A model generated the notes under the pieces. It saw only the letters and a program-made list of their open reading frames with translations. It ran no database searches and had not been told where the DNA came from. From Microcystis aeruginosa NIES-843 (GTDB lineage: Bacteria; Cyanobacteriota; Cyanobacteriia; Cyanobacteriales; Microcystaceae), in the NCBI RefSeq assembly GCF_000010625.1, contig NC_010296.1, positions 4,860,001 to 4,892,000 of the forward strand: DNA of 32,000 nt. Direction: 5' to 3'. Shown here in pieces: positions 16,712 to 25,360 of this stretch; the first letter of the stretch is position 1, and every line of letters begins with the position of its first letter. Position numbers and translations under genes: made by a program.

Positions 16712-16788
16712 CTCCTGACTCCTGACTCCTGACTACTGACTCCTGACTACTGACTCCTGACTACTGACTCCTGACTCCTGACTTCTAA
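16712..16788. repeat. Heptamer array, 11 units of CTCCTGA/CTACTGA
   Basis: Read directly from the sequence. Confidence 0.95.
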
Positions 16789-17159
16789 CCCAATGTTGGA
16801 CAAAGATAAGTAAAAATTATTGATTTACTGCAAAAACTTGAGAATATTTAAATTAACATTCCGCAATATTTATAAATTCTTAAAAATTAATTGAGAAAGA
16901 TTTTTATTTAACAACGATGTTATGATGGTTACAGCGATTTTACTGAATTTCATAATGGGTTATTCTGTGCTTTTTTGGGCAGCAATGGTTGAAACCCTTG
17001 CCACACCTAGAAGGTGATCCTAATTAAGACGGGTAAATCAGTCAATTTCACCCACAACGATGATCTTTTTTTTGTGTAGTTTTATTGCAAAAAAAAAGTT
17101 TTTTTGACAAAAAGCACAAAGTATGATAATTAGTCGTGCAAAATTAATTTCCTAGTCGA

Positions 17160-17194
17160 GACAGAAGACAGAAGACAGGAGACGGGAGACAGCT
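17160..17194. repeat. Heptamer array, 5 units (GACAGAA, GACAGAA, GACAGGA, GACGGGA, GACAGCT)
   Basis: Read directly from the sequence. Confidence 0.9.
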
Positions 17195-17346
17195 ATTAGG
17201 GATCGGATTTGAGTTTTCAGTTCTCTGTTTGCTCACATCAGCAGAAGTCTCACGGAGTAGTGGCTTAGATGTGTAATTAATTTTGCTTAGGTACTTAATA
17301 ACCCAAGGTATTTCTGGTTGCGAGTAATTATTGTAGAGAAGGGAGA

Positions 17347-17427
17347 GGGGTGTGGGGTGTGGGGTGTGGGGTGTGGGGTGTGGGGTGTGGGGTGTGGGGT
17401 GTGGGGTGTGGGGTGTAGGGTGTGGGG
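17347..17427. repeat. Heptamer array: GGGGTGT x10, one AGGGTGT, terminal GGGG
   Basis: Read directly from the sequence. It contains 12 consecutive G-tracts of at least 3 G separated by TGT. Confidence 0.97.
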
Positions 17428-17439
17428 AGAAGCTTTTTT

Positions 17440-17467
17440 CAGTGATCAGTAAACAGTAATCAGTGAA
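17440..17467. repeat. Heptamer array CAGTGAT CAGTAAA CAGTAAT CAGTGAA
   Basis: Read directly from the sequence. It is the same unit family as 917-958. Confidence 0.9.
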
Positions 17468-17481
17468 CTGAAAACTCACAT

Positions 17482-17572
17482 CTGACTCCTGAATACTGAC
17501 TCCTGAATACTGACTCCTGAATACTGACTCCTGAATACTGACTCCTGAATACTGACTCCTGACTCCTGACCC
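17482..17572. repeat. 14-nt (2x7) array CTGACTCCTGAATA x5, then CTGACTC x2 and CTGACCC
   Basis: Read directly from the sequence. It ends 30 nt from the leuC stop codon. Confidence 0.95.
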
Positions 17573-17601
17573 CAGTAACAAACTTTTTCAGCAAACCCTA
17601 T

Positions 17602-19002
17602 TTAATTTAACAACTCCCGGGGATCGGTGACTTCCCCTTTAATCGCTGCCGCTACCACCATCGCCGGACTCATCAACAAAGTACGCCCGGAAGCGGAACC
17701 TTGACGACCTTTAAAATTACGATTGGAGGAGGAGGCGCTGATCTGATCTCCCTGCAATTTATCAGGATTCATGGCTAAACACATGGAACAGCCAGCCTCG
17801 CGCCATTCAAAGCCCGATGCTAGGAAAATTTGGTCTAATCCTTCCGCTTCCGCTTGTTTTTTGACTCTTTCGGAACCGGGGACGATAAAAGCTTTCACAT
17901 GGGGGGCAACACGATGACCTTGGGCAAATTTGGCCGCTTCGCGCAGATCACTGATCCTGCCGTTAGTACAGCTACCGACGAAGCAGACATCGATTTTTGT
18001 GCCTTTAATCGGGGCGCCGGGGGTGAGTTTCATGTATTGATAGGCTTCCTCTGCGATCGCTCTTTCACTTGCCGGTAAACTTTCGGGAGTGGGAATGACT
18101 TCGTTAACCCCGATTCCTTGGCCCGGAGTAATCCCCCAAGTAACTGTGGGTTCGATTTCGCCGGCATCGAAGACCACCACATCGTCATAAACCGCATCGG
18201 CATCGCTTTTAATGCTTTCCCACCAATTAACCGCACTTTCCCAGTCTTTGGGCGCAAAATCACGACCTTTGAGGTAATCGTAGGTGATTTGATCGGGGTT
18301 GATATAACCACATCGGGCCCCACCTTCGATCGCCATGTTACAAATCGTCATCCTTTCTTCCATGGACATCCGTTCAATTGTACTACCAGCGTACTCGTAG
18401 GCATAACCAACACCGCCTTTAACGCCTAATTGACGGATAATATGGAGAATTACATCTTTAGCATAGACTCCGGGGTTTAAATCGCCGTTTACCTCCACTC
18501 GACGCACTTTTAATTTCGATAGGGATAGGGTTTGGGTAGCAAGAACATCGCGCACTTGGGAAGTGCCGATGCCAAAAGCGATCGCCCCAAAAGCGCCGTG
18601 GGTGGAGGTGTGGGAGTCACCACAGGCGATCGTCATCCCCGGTTGGGTTAGACCCTGTTCAGGAGCGATCACATGAACTATGCCCTGATTGCCGGAACCG
18701 ATGCCATAGAAAGGAATATGATTGGTTTGAACATTAGTTTCGATCGCTCGGATCATTTCCTCGGCCAAATCGTCAAGGAAAGGACGTGCTTGATTTTCGG
18801 TGGGGACGATGTGATCGACGGTAGCAATAGTCCGTCTGGGAAATAATACTTTTAAACCTCTTTCTCTTAGCATCGAAAAAGCTTGCGGACTGGTGACTTC
18901 ATGCACTAGATGCAGTCCGATAAATAATTGTGTCTGTCCACTGGGAAGAATCTTAACCGTGTGTGCGTCCCAGACTTTATCGAATAATGTTCTTGCGCTC
19001 AT
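17602..19002 (-). CDS. leuC: 3-isopropylmalate dehydratase large subunit
   Basis: Aconitase-family motifs are present ([21 protein letters not shown]). The N-terminus [16 protein letters not shown] from ATG 19002 gives the usual ~466 aa. The track start at 19035 adds 11 aa. Confidence 0.92.
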   Translation of the reverse strand: MSARTLFDKVWDAHTVKILPSGQTQLFIGLHLVHEVTSPQAFSMLRERGLKVLFPRRTIATVDHIVPTENQARPFLDDLAEEMIRAIETNVQTNHIPFYGIGSGNQGIVHVIAPEQGLTQPGMTIACGDSHTSTHGAFGAIAFGIGTSQVRDVLATQTLSLSKLKVRRVEVNGDLNPGVYAKDVILHIIRQLGVKGGVGYAYEYAGSTIERMSMEERMTICNMAIEGGARCGYINPDQITYDYLKGRDFAPKDWESAVNWWESIKSDADAVYDDVVVFDAGEIEPTVTWGITPGQGIGVNEVIPTPESLPASERAIAEEAYQYMKLTPGAPIKGTKIDVCFVGSCTNGRISDLREAAKFAQGHRVAPHVKAFIVPGSERVKKQAEAEGLDQIFLASGFEWREAGCSMCLAMNPDKLQGDQISASSSNRNFKGRQGSASGRTLLMSPAMVVAAAIKGEVTDPRELLN

Positions 19003-19278
19003 TGACTTTGGAATGATAGTCATCTCCCTAATCATATCAGCTAACCCCGGCCGATAAATATTAATTTTTTCTTTTCTCTTGGTTAGGAGGGATAATAGAT
19101 AAATAGCTCAGTTTTTGCCAGATTAAAACCATCGGTTTTTGAGTGAAATAAAAGACTTTCGCTAATAACTATTTGAGTGATTAATTCTGCTCCTTACCCC
19201 CCGTTTCCTATAATCTTTCAAGAGGATTTAGTATAACATTCTCTTGATTTCACTCTAGGAACCATAGCAATAAAAAAT

Positions 19279-20277
19279 TTATTCTTTTCTTGTCACCGCT
19301 AAATTATGCTTGCTAACTCTCCTGTTCAGATAAATTTCTCCGAGAACAATTAATCCTAGAATCAGAGGTAAACTCAGCCATGCGCCTAGGTTTCCTAAGT
19401 AGTTAATACTAATAGCAATCAGGAGAGTTACCCCCATATAAATAATTGCTACTTGTGGATGAGACAAGCCAGATTTTTGTAATCTTTGATAAAGGTGACT
19501 GCGGTGAGCTTGGAAGATATTTTCCCTTTTTAATAATCGACAAATAAGGGTATAAATAGCATCACCAATCAGAGGTAAAGTGATAGTTAAAGCTGACCAA
19601 GCCTGACTTTGATTGCCCTGGTTATTAAGTAAAACCATAGCGACAATTGCCCCTAGACTGGTGCTACCCACATCACCCATAAAAATTTTCGCTGGCGACC
19701 AATTCCAGAGGAGAAAACCGCCTAAAGCCGCCACCAAAAGCCATAAAATTGGTTGCTGAAAATAGAGAGCGAGAAATCCTAATTGTACCGCCGTACAGCC
19801 AGCCACCAAGCCATCGAGACCATCCATAAAATTATAAAAATTAGTCATCGCGGTCAGGCCGATAATTGTGAGAATAATAGCCAAAACTTTGCCGCCAAAA
19901 CCCAAATCTAATAGCCACGATTGGGGAAAAGCACCGAAAAAAGTGACCGCAACACTAGCGGAGGATAACTGCACTAAATAGCGAATACTAGAGGGAATAC
20001 TGCGACGATCATCGAGAAGGCCGATAATAATTAAAGGAGTCAGGGACAACCACAGGGGAATAAGAGGTAGGGAAGGAGGAAGGAGAAAATAACTGAGGCC
20101 GCTGGTAAGAGCAAAAGCGACGACAAAACCGAGTCCACCCCCCCTAGGTGTGGGTTGACTATGGCTGCTACGCTCATTGGGAATATCTAACAATTGTTGG
20201 CTAAAACGTTGTTTAATCAGGGCAACCACCAGAAAACTGATCAGAAAACTGATGACTGAGAGTAGGGATAATAACAT
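19279..20277 (-). CDS. MraY/WecA-family polyprenyl-phosphate sugar-1-phosphate transferase (glycosyltransferase family 4)
   Basis: Polytopic membrane protein with LLDDRRSI, NFYNFMDGLDGL and IFMGDVGS motifs. ATG 20277 (MLLSLLSV) is preferred over TTG 20328. Confidence 0.8.
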   Translation of the reverse strand: MLLSLLSVISFLISFLVVALIKQRFSQQLLDIPNERSSHSQPTPRGGGLGFVVAFALTSGLSYFLLPPSLPLIPLWLSLTPLIIIGLLDDRRSIPSSIRYLVQLSSASVAVTFFGAFPQSWLLDLGFGGKVLAIILTIIGLTAMTNFYNFMDGLDGLVAGCTAVQLGFLALYFQQPILWLLVAALGGFLLWNWSPAKIFMGDVGSTSLGAIVAMVLLNNQGNQSQAWSALTITLPLIGDAIYTLICRLLKRENIFQAHRSHLYQRLQKSGLSHPQVAIIYMGVTLLIAISINYLGNLGAWLSLPLILGLIVLGEIYLNRRVSKHNLAVTRKE

Positions 20278-20434
20278 AGGGATTTTTGCGCTCAGATTAA
20301 TTATCGATCCTACGTTGTTCGGTGACAAAAAGTGCCGATATTGCCATCGTGGTTTTAGTCAGTGTCAGCATCGCACTTCAACAGCTAAGGCACTCCAGCG
20401 TTTGGGGAATATGAGTAGAAATTTTAGGTTCACC

Positions 20435-22732
20435 CTACTCTCGATCGCTTTTTACCTGACTGATGCGACGAACGTTTAAAACATCGCTCATCAGCTTAAT
20501 TTGAGTAACACAGCGTTCAAATTGTTGCAGGTCTTTTACTTCAATTTTCAGGGAAATTAAAGCGGGTTTACCGAAATTAGTCTTAACTCCGGCATTGCGA
20601 ACGTTAATATTTTGGTCACTTAAACGAGAGAGAATATCTTTTAAAACCCCGACGCGATCGATCACTTCAATCTGAATATTTACCGGATAAGTTGGATAAC
20701 GTCCCTGGTCATCTATAGGATTCCAACTAACAGGAATTAAGCGTTCAGCTTCGGCTTTTTCCACATTCGAGCAGCCCTGACGGTGAATAACAATGCCTTC
20801 CCCCGCATGGGCAACTATACCAGTAATATTTTCCCCTGGTAAAGGACAACAACAACCGGCTAAACGATAGACTAATCCCTCCACACCGGCGATCGGTGAT
20901 TTACTAACGGGTAAAGCCCTTTGAACGGGAGAAGGTGGTAGAATCAATTGGGAATCAGTTAGGACATCGGGCGGATTTTTGGCCGTTAAAATTTCCTGTT
21001 GATTTTTAACTGTTTCTTGCAGACGATTAACCACATTTTTTAGGGTAACTTCGCCGTAACCCAAAGCCGCCAATAAATCATCTACTGCCACATAATTGCA
21101 CTGTTTAGCCACCGATTGCATTCGTTCTGATTTTAGCAGGGCATCGAAGCCAGTTTTACCCAATTCTTTCTCTAATAAATCACGACCTCGGCTAATATTT
21201 TCTTCTCGGCGCGATTTTTTGTACCATTGCCGGATGCGATTTCTGGCGCTAGGAGTAACGACAAAATTTAACCAATCTAAACTAGGGTGACTATTTTTGC
21301 TGGTGAGAATTTCCACCAGATCACCATTTTGCAAGGGAGCATCAAGAACTGACCATTTACCATTAATCCTTGCCCCTTTCATCTGATTACCTACTTCGCT
21401 ATGAATATGATAGGCAAAATCTACCGGTGTCGCGCCTTGGGCTAGGGCCACCACATCACCTTTGGGGGTGAAAACATAGATATCTTCTTCAAAGAAATTA
21501 TTTTTCAGGCCATCCATGTATTCTTGGCCATCTTTAAGGTCTTTTTGCCAGTCGAGCAGATTACGCAGCCAAGCGAATTTTTCATCCGCAGCGGTTAAAG
21601 TTGTTTGACTAGAACCAGTTTCTTTATACTTCCAATGGGCTGCAATCCCGTATTCAGCAACATGGTGCATTTCTAGGGTGCGAATCTGCACTTCTAGGGG
21701 ACGGGCATTTAAACCAACAACGGTGGTATGGAGGGATTGATAACGGTTAGCTTTTGGTAAACCGATATAGTCTTTAAAACGGTTAGGAATCGGGGTAAAT
21801 TGGTCGTGAACTATGGCTAAACAACGATAACATTCCTCTTTGGTTTCGACGATAATGCGGACGGCGGCGATATCATAAATCTGCTCGAATTCTTTGCCTT
21901 GATTGTGCATTTTATGATAGATGCCGTAGAGATGTTTGGGGCGACCCTGTAAATCAAGAACTTTTATGCCAATTTCTGGCAATTTTTCCCGCAATGTGTT
22001 AGTGACGGTTTCGATGCGGGCCTCTCGATCGATACGTTTTTCCGATACCAATAACTGCACGGCGCGATAAGCATCGGGTTCGAGATATTTAAAGCATAAA
22101 TCTTCTAATTCCCATTTAAATCTGCCAATCCCTAAACGGTTAGCCAGAGGAGCAAAGATTTCTCTAGTTTCTAGGGCGATGCGTTGCTGCTGTTGCGGGT
22201 TGAGGTGTTCGAGGGTTTGCATATTGTGCAGGCGGTCGGCTAATTTGACCACGATGACGCGGATATCTTGAGCCATCGCCAGGAACATTCGGCGAAAATT
22301 CTCCGCTTGCCGTTCAGTTTTGCTAGAAAAGTTGAATTTGGAGAGTTTTGTCACCGCTTCCACCAAATTACGCACCTCAACACCGAATCTAGCCTCGATT
22401 TCTTCGGGGGTGACTTCCGTATCTTCCACCACATCGTGAAGGAATCCCGCCGCGATCATTGCCCCATCACCCCCCAGATCCCGCAGTAATCCCGCCACGG
22501 CTATGGGATGGGCGATATAGGGTTCCCCGGATTTGCGATACTGGCCCTCGTGGAGTTTGTGGGCGAAATTAAAGGCCCGACAGATTAAATCGATATCGGG
22601 ATTCTGGGGGTCGTTTTCGTAGGTAATCAGACATTCTTTCAGCCAATCGGGTAAAACTAACGCTTTTTTCGGTTCCGTGGCCCGGGGAAGGACGGTGAGG
22701 GTTTCTGGTTGGATGGCAGTGATGGCGTTCAT
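20435..22732 (-). CDS. spoT: Bifunctional (p)ppGpp synthetase/hydrolase (RelA/SpoT homolog)
   Basis: 765 aa. HD hydrolase motifs (HPIAVA, LHDVVEDT), a synthetase block (YQSLHTTV, EVQIRT), and TGS and C-terminal ACT regions. Confidence 0.93.
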   Translation of the reverse strand: MNAITAIQPETLTVLPRATEPKKALVLPDWLKECLITYENDPQNPDIDLICRAFNFAHKLHEGQYRKSGEPYIAHPIAVAGLLRDLGGDGAMIAAGFLHDVVEDTEVTPEEIEARFGVEVRNLVEAVTKLSKFNFSSKTERQAENFRRMFLAMAQDIRVIVVKLADRLHNMQTLEHLNPQQQQRIALETREIFAPLANRLGIGRFKWELEDLCFKYLEPDAYRAVQLLVSEKRIDREARIETVTNTLREKLPEIGIKVLDLQGRPKHLYGIYHKMHNQGKEFEQIYDIAAVRIIVETKEECYRCLAIVHDQFTPIPNRFKDYIGLPKANRYQSLHTTVVGLNARPLEVQIRTLEMHHVAEYGIAAHWKYKETGSSQTTLTAADEKFAWLRNLLDWQKDLKDGQEYMDGLKNNFFEEDIYVFTPKGDVVALAQGATPVDFAYHIHSEVGNQMKGARINGKWSVLDAPLQNGDLVEILTSKNSHPSLDWLNFVVTPSARNRIRQWYKKSRREENISRGRDLLEKELGKTGFDALLKSERMQSVAKQCNYVAVDDLLAALGYGEVTLKNVVNRLQETVKNQQEILTAKNPPDVLTDSQLILPPSPVQRALPVSKSPIAGVEGLVYRLAGCCCPLPGENITGIVAHAGEGIVIHRQGCSNVEKAEAERLIPVSWNPIDDQGRYPTYPVNIQIEVIDRVGVLKDILSRLSDQNINVRNAGVKTNFGKPALISLKIEVKDLQQFERCVTQIKLMSDVLNVRRISQVKSDRE

Positions 22733-22952
22733 GGTTAGATCGGGGGGATAATAGGGGGGGGGAGACGGATAACTAGAAAATTATTAGGCCGAAGCGATGC
22801 CAGATTACTTAACTCTCTAACACTGGAATCGGATCGATCGGCGAAAAGGGCGGGATTCTTTTAAGTTTTTGTCTCTGGTCAGGAGGAGGACTTGCAACCG
22901 TGACGGCAAATCGTTAATCTTATGTAACAAATTCTAACGCGCTTTGTATTGG

Positions 22953-23309
22953 ATGCTACCGACAAATTACCATCAAGCCTACAAATCTTTGTTAAGAAAA
23001 CTGGAGGATTTCAGTCTTGCCCTTCTGGATGGGGATGCTTCCACGGGGTTACAATCTTTTCAAGCTTTACAAACCTGTCTAGAGGGGGAGATATTGTCAC
23101 TAAATGATGACAATTTCAGCCCAGAGGTGGCTAATCTTTGGCGCGCGCTCCAGACGGAACTATATCGATCGTGGCGATTGCTGGAGACGGATTGGTTATT
23201 TTTGGCCTCGGCGCGGCAAGGACGGGAGAAACGTTTACAGATAATTAGCGATCGAGTGGCGACTTTAAAGGGGTATTGTCGGGTTTTGTTAGGGGAAGTT
23301 GTCGATTAA
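22953..23309 (+). CDS. Conserved hypothetical protein (possibly the family annotated as PatD in cyanobacteria; unsure)
   Basis: 118-aa ORF from ATG 22953; the track uses TTG 22944. It looks helical and I recognise no enzymatic motif. Confidence 0.5.
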   Translation: MLPTNYHQAYKSLLRKLEDFSLALLDGDASTGLQSFQALQTCLEGEILSLNDDNFSPEVANLWRALQTELYRSWRLLETDWLFLASARQGREKRLQIISDRVATLKGYCRVLLGEVVD

Positions 23310-23436
23310 GCTACCCGCGCATTTAAATTGCTTGTTGAGATGAGGCAAGAGGCAAGAGGCAAAAGTAAAGGGATTGGGGGGAGATTCAGCTAATCTAAGG
23401 ATAGGCGGTTAAAATGCGTCTTAGATTAGTAACCCT

Positions 23437-23462
23437 CTTGCATAATTAGTTTTTGAGAGTTC
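23437..23462. mobile_element. Solo IS-terminus-like fragment
   Basis: TCTTGCATAATTAGTTTTTGAGAGTTC matches the right end of the IS (9774-9800, TCTTGCATAATTAATTTTTGAGAGTTC) at 26 of 27 positions. No transposase or partner end is nearby. Confidence 0.7.
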
Positions 23463-23540
23463 AAAAACGGCAAAAATAAGGATTAAATTGCATAAAATCT
23501 GTAAATAGACTATTTAATTGATTATTTTTCATTCTTAATT

Positions 23541-23580
23541 CTCCTGACGACCGACTCCTGACGACCGACTCCTAACCCCA
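23541..23580. repeat. 14-nt array CTCCTGACGACCGA x2 plus a partial unit
   Basis: Read directly from the sequence. It is followed by the conserved 24-mer AACAAACTTTTTCAGCAAACCCTA (23583-23606). Confidence 0.9.
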
Positions 23581-23679
23581 CCAACAAACTTTTTCAGCAA
23601 ACCCTAATTAAATGCTCGATCGCCGTTTGTGTGGCATACTTGACCCTAAGTCCTAACTTTTATCGTTACCGATCACGTC

Positions 23680-25305
23680 ATGTTGGAAATTAAAGACCTA
23701 AAAATTGCCTACCCGACAGAATTAAGTTCTCCCTCTTGGGCGATCAATGGGGTATCTTTTAGTATAGGCAAAGGGGAAACTTTGGGATTAGTGGGTGAAT
23801 CTGGTTGTGGAAAATCGACCATCGGTAAGGCTATTTTAAGGTTATTACCCAATCGCACTCACGTGGAAGGTGAGATTACCTTTGAAGGGCGATCGCTTTT
23901 ATCTTTATCTAGCAAACAGTTAGAAAAATTTCGCGGGGAAGCGGTGGGATTAGTCTTTCAAGATCCGATGACGCGACTGGATCCGCTGATGACTATTGGC
24001 GATCATTGTGTGGAAACTTTGCAAGCTCATCGGACGGATTTAACCTATCTTGAAGCTAAAAATGAAGCTTGTACTTTCCTAGAAAAAGTGAAAATTCCCG
24101 CTAATCGTTGGTCCCAATATCCTCACGAATTTAGCGGGGGAATGCGGCAAAGAGTGGCCATTGCTTTAGCTTTATTATTAAACCCTAAGTTAATTATTGC
24201 CGATGAACCCACCACCAGTTTAGATGTGACGGTTTCGGCGGAAATTCTGCGGGAATTAAAGCGTTTATGTAGCGAGGAACAGATGGGATTATTGTTAATT
24301 TCCCATGATTTAGCGATGGTGGGAGAATATTGCGATCAATTAGCGGTGATGAAGGGGGGCAAAATTGTCGAATCGGGAGCGGTAAAAACAGTTTTTAATA
24401 CACCTCAACACCCCTACACTCGTTCTCTTTTGGCCGCCGCTTTACACCTACAGTTACGGGAGGAAAAATCAACGGCAATTCAAGGCAAGGAAACGGTGTT
24501 AAAGGTGGATAATTTAAAACAGTATTATACCCTAGAAGGTAACTTTTTAGATAGCTTTTTAAAGAAAGACAAGAAATTTATTAAAGCGGTGGATGAAGTC
24601 AATTTTGAACTGTATCGAGGGGAAATCTTCGGTTTAGTTGGGGAGTCGGGGTGTGGGAAAAGTACCCTATCGCGAACCCTATTACAGTTAATTAAACCCA
24701 CCGGGGGAAAAGTGGAATTTTTAGGAGAAGATTTAACCCCTTTGTCGGCGGAAAAAATGCGTCCAAAACGGCGCTTAATGCAGATGATTTTTCAGGATCC
24801 CCTCGCTTGTCTCAATCCTTTAATGACGGTGGGAGAAAGTATCGCCGATCCGCTTTTTATCCATCAAAAAGTTAATCTAGAAACGGCTAAAAAACAGGTT
24901 TTAGAAATGTTAGATCGAGTCGGTTTAACACCAGTAGAGGAATTTTATCGACGCTATCCTAGAGAGTTATCGGGAGGACAACAGCAAAGGGTAGCCATTG
25001 CTCGCGCTTTAATTACCCATCCAGAATTAGTTATTTGTGATGAACCGGTTAGTATGCTCGATGCTAGTGTCCAGACACAGGTTTTAGAGTTAATGTTAGA
25101 GTTACAAAAGTTATTTAATCTAACTTATTTATTTATAACTCATGATCTTTGGTTAGCGAGATTCCTCTGCGATCGAATTGCGGTGATGACTGCGGGTAAA
25201 ATTGTTGAAATGGGTGACACTGAACAGATTTTTAGCCATCCCCAACACCCCTACACCCAAAAATTAATCGCCGCAGCCCCGAGAATTTATCCCGACAGCA
25301 ACTAA
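23680..25305 (+). CDS. ABC transporter ATP-binding protein with duplicated ATPase domains (oligopeptide/dipeptide/nickel DppD-DppF-type fusion)
   Basis: Two Walker A motifs (GESGCGKST twice), two signature motifs (FSGGMRQR, LSGGQQQR), two Walker B motifs (IIADEPTT, VICDEPVS), and the oligopeptide-type C-terminal P.HPYT motif twice. Confidence 0.9.
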   Translation: MLEIKDLKIAYPTELSSPSWAINGVSFSIGKGETLGLVGESGCGKSTIGKAILRLLPNRTHVEGEITFEGRSLLSLSSKQLEKFRGEAVGLVFQDPMTRLDPLMTIGDHCVETLQAHRTDLTYLEAKNEACTFLEKVKIPANRWSQYPHEFSGGMRQRVAIALALLLNPKLIIADEPTTSLDVTVSAEILRELKRLCSEEQMGLLLISHDLAMVGEYCDQLAVMKGGKIVESGAVKTVFNTPQHPYTRSLLAAALHLQLREEKSTAIQGKETVLKVDNLKQYYTLEGNFLDSFLKKDKKFIKAVDEVNFELYRGEIFGLVGESGCGKSTLSRTLLQLIKPTGGKVEFLGEDLTPLSAEKMRPKRRLMQMIFQDPLACLNPLMTVGESIADPLFIHQKVNLETAKKQVLEMLDRVGLTPVEEFYRRYPRELSGGQQQRVAIARALITHPELVICDEPVSMLDASVQTQVLELMLELQKLFNLTYLFITHDLWLARFLCDRIAVMTAGKIVEMGDTEQIFSHPQHPYTQKLIAAAPRIYPDSN

Positions 25306-25360
25306 AATCGCTCTAGGGGTTTATAATTGTTATTGTCTAGATATAGTTAGGAAAGAGAAA

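Noticed and set aside
17005-17022. Minus-strand AGGATCACCTTCTAGG resembling the 16S rRNA 3' end (GGATCACCTCCTT)
   Set aside because: It is a short partial match with no rRNA context, and is most likely chance.
16621-17572. Possible CRISPR array, because of dense short repeats
   Set aside because: The repeat period is 7 or 14 nt with no unique spacers, and there is no 25-40-nt repeat unit or cas gene. These are microsatellite-like arrays, not CRISPR.
17144-17581. 145-aa minus-strand ORF with PHTPHPT repeats
   Set aside because: It is simply the translation of the GGGGTGT, CAGTAAT and 14-mer tandem arrays. It has extreme low complexity, no plausible start context, and lies in convergent intergenic DNA.
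17602-19002. Absence of leuD next to leuC as a possible gene loss
   Set aside because: As far as I recall, leuC and leuD are unlinked in several cyanobacteria, for example Synechocystis, so this is not anomalous.
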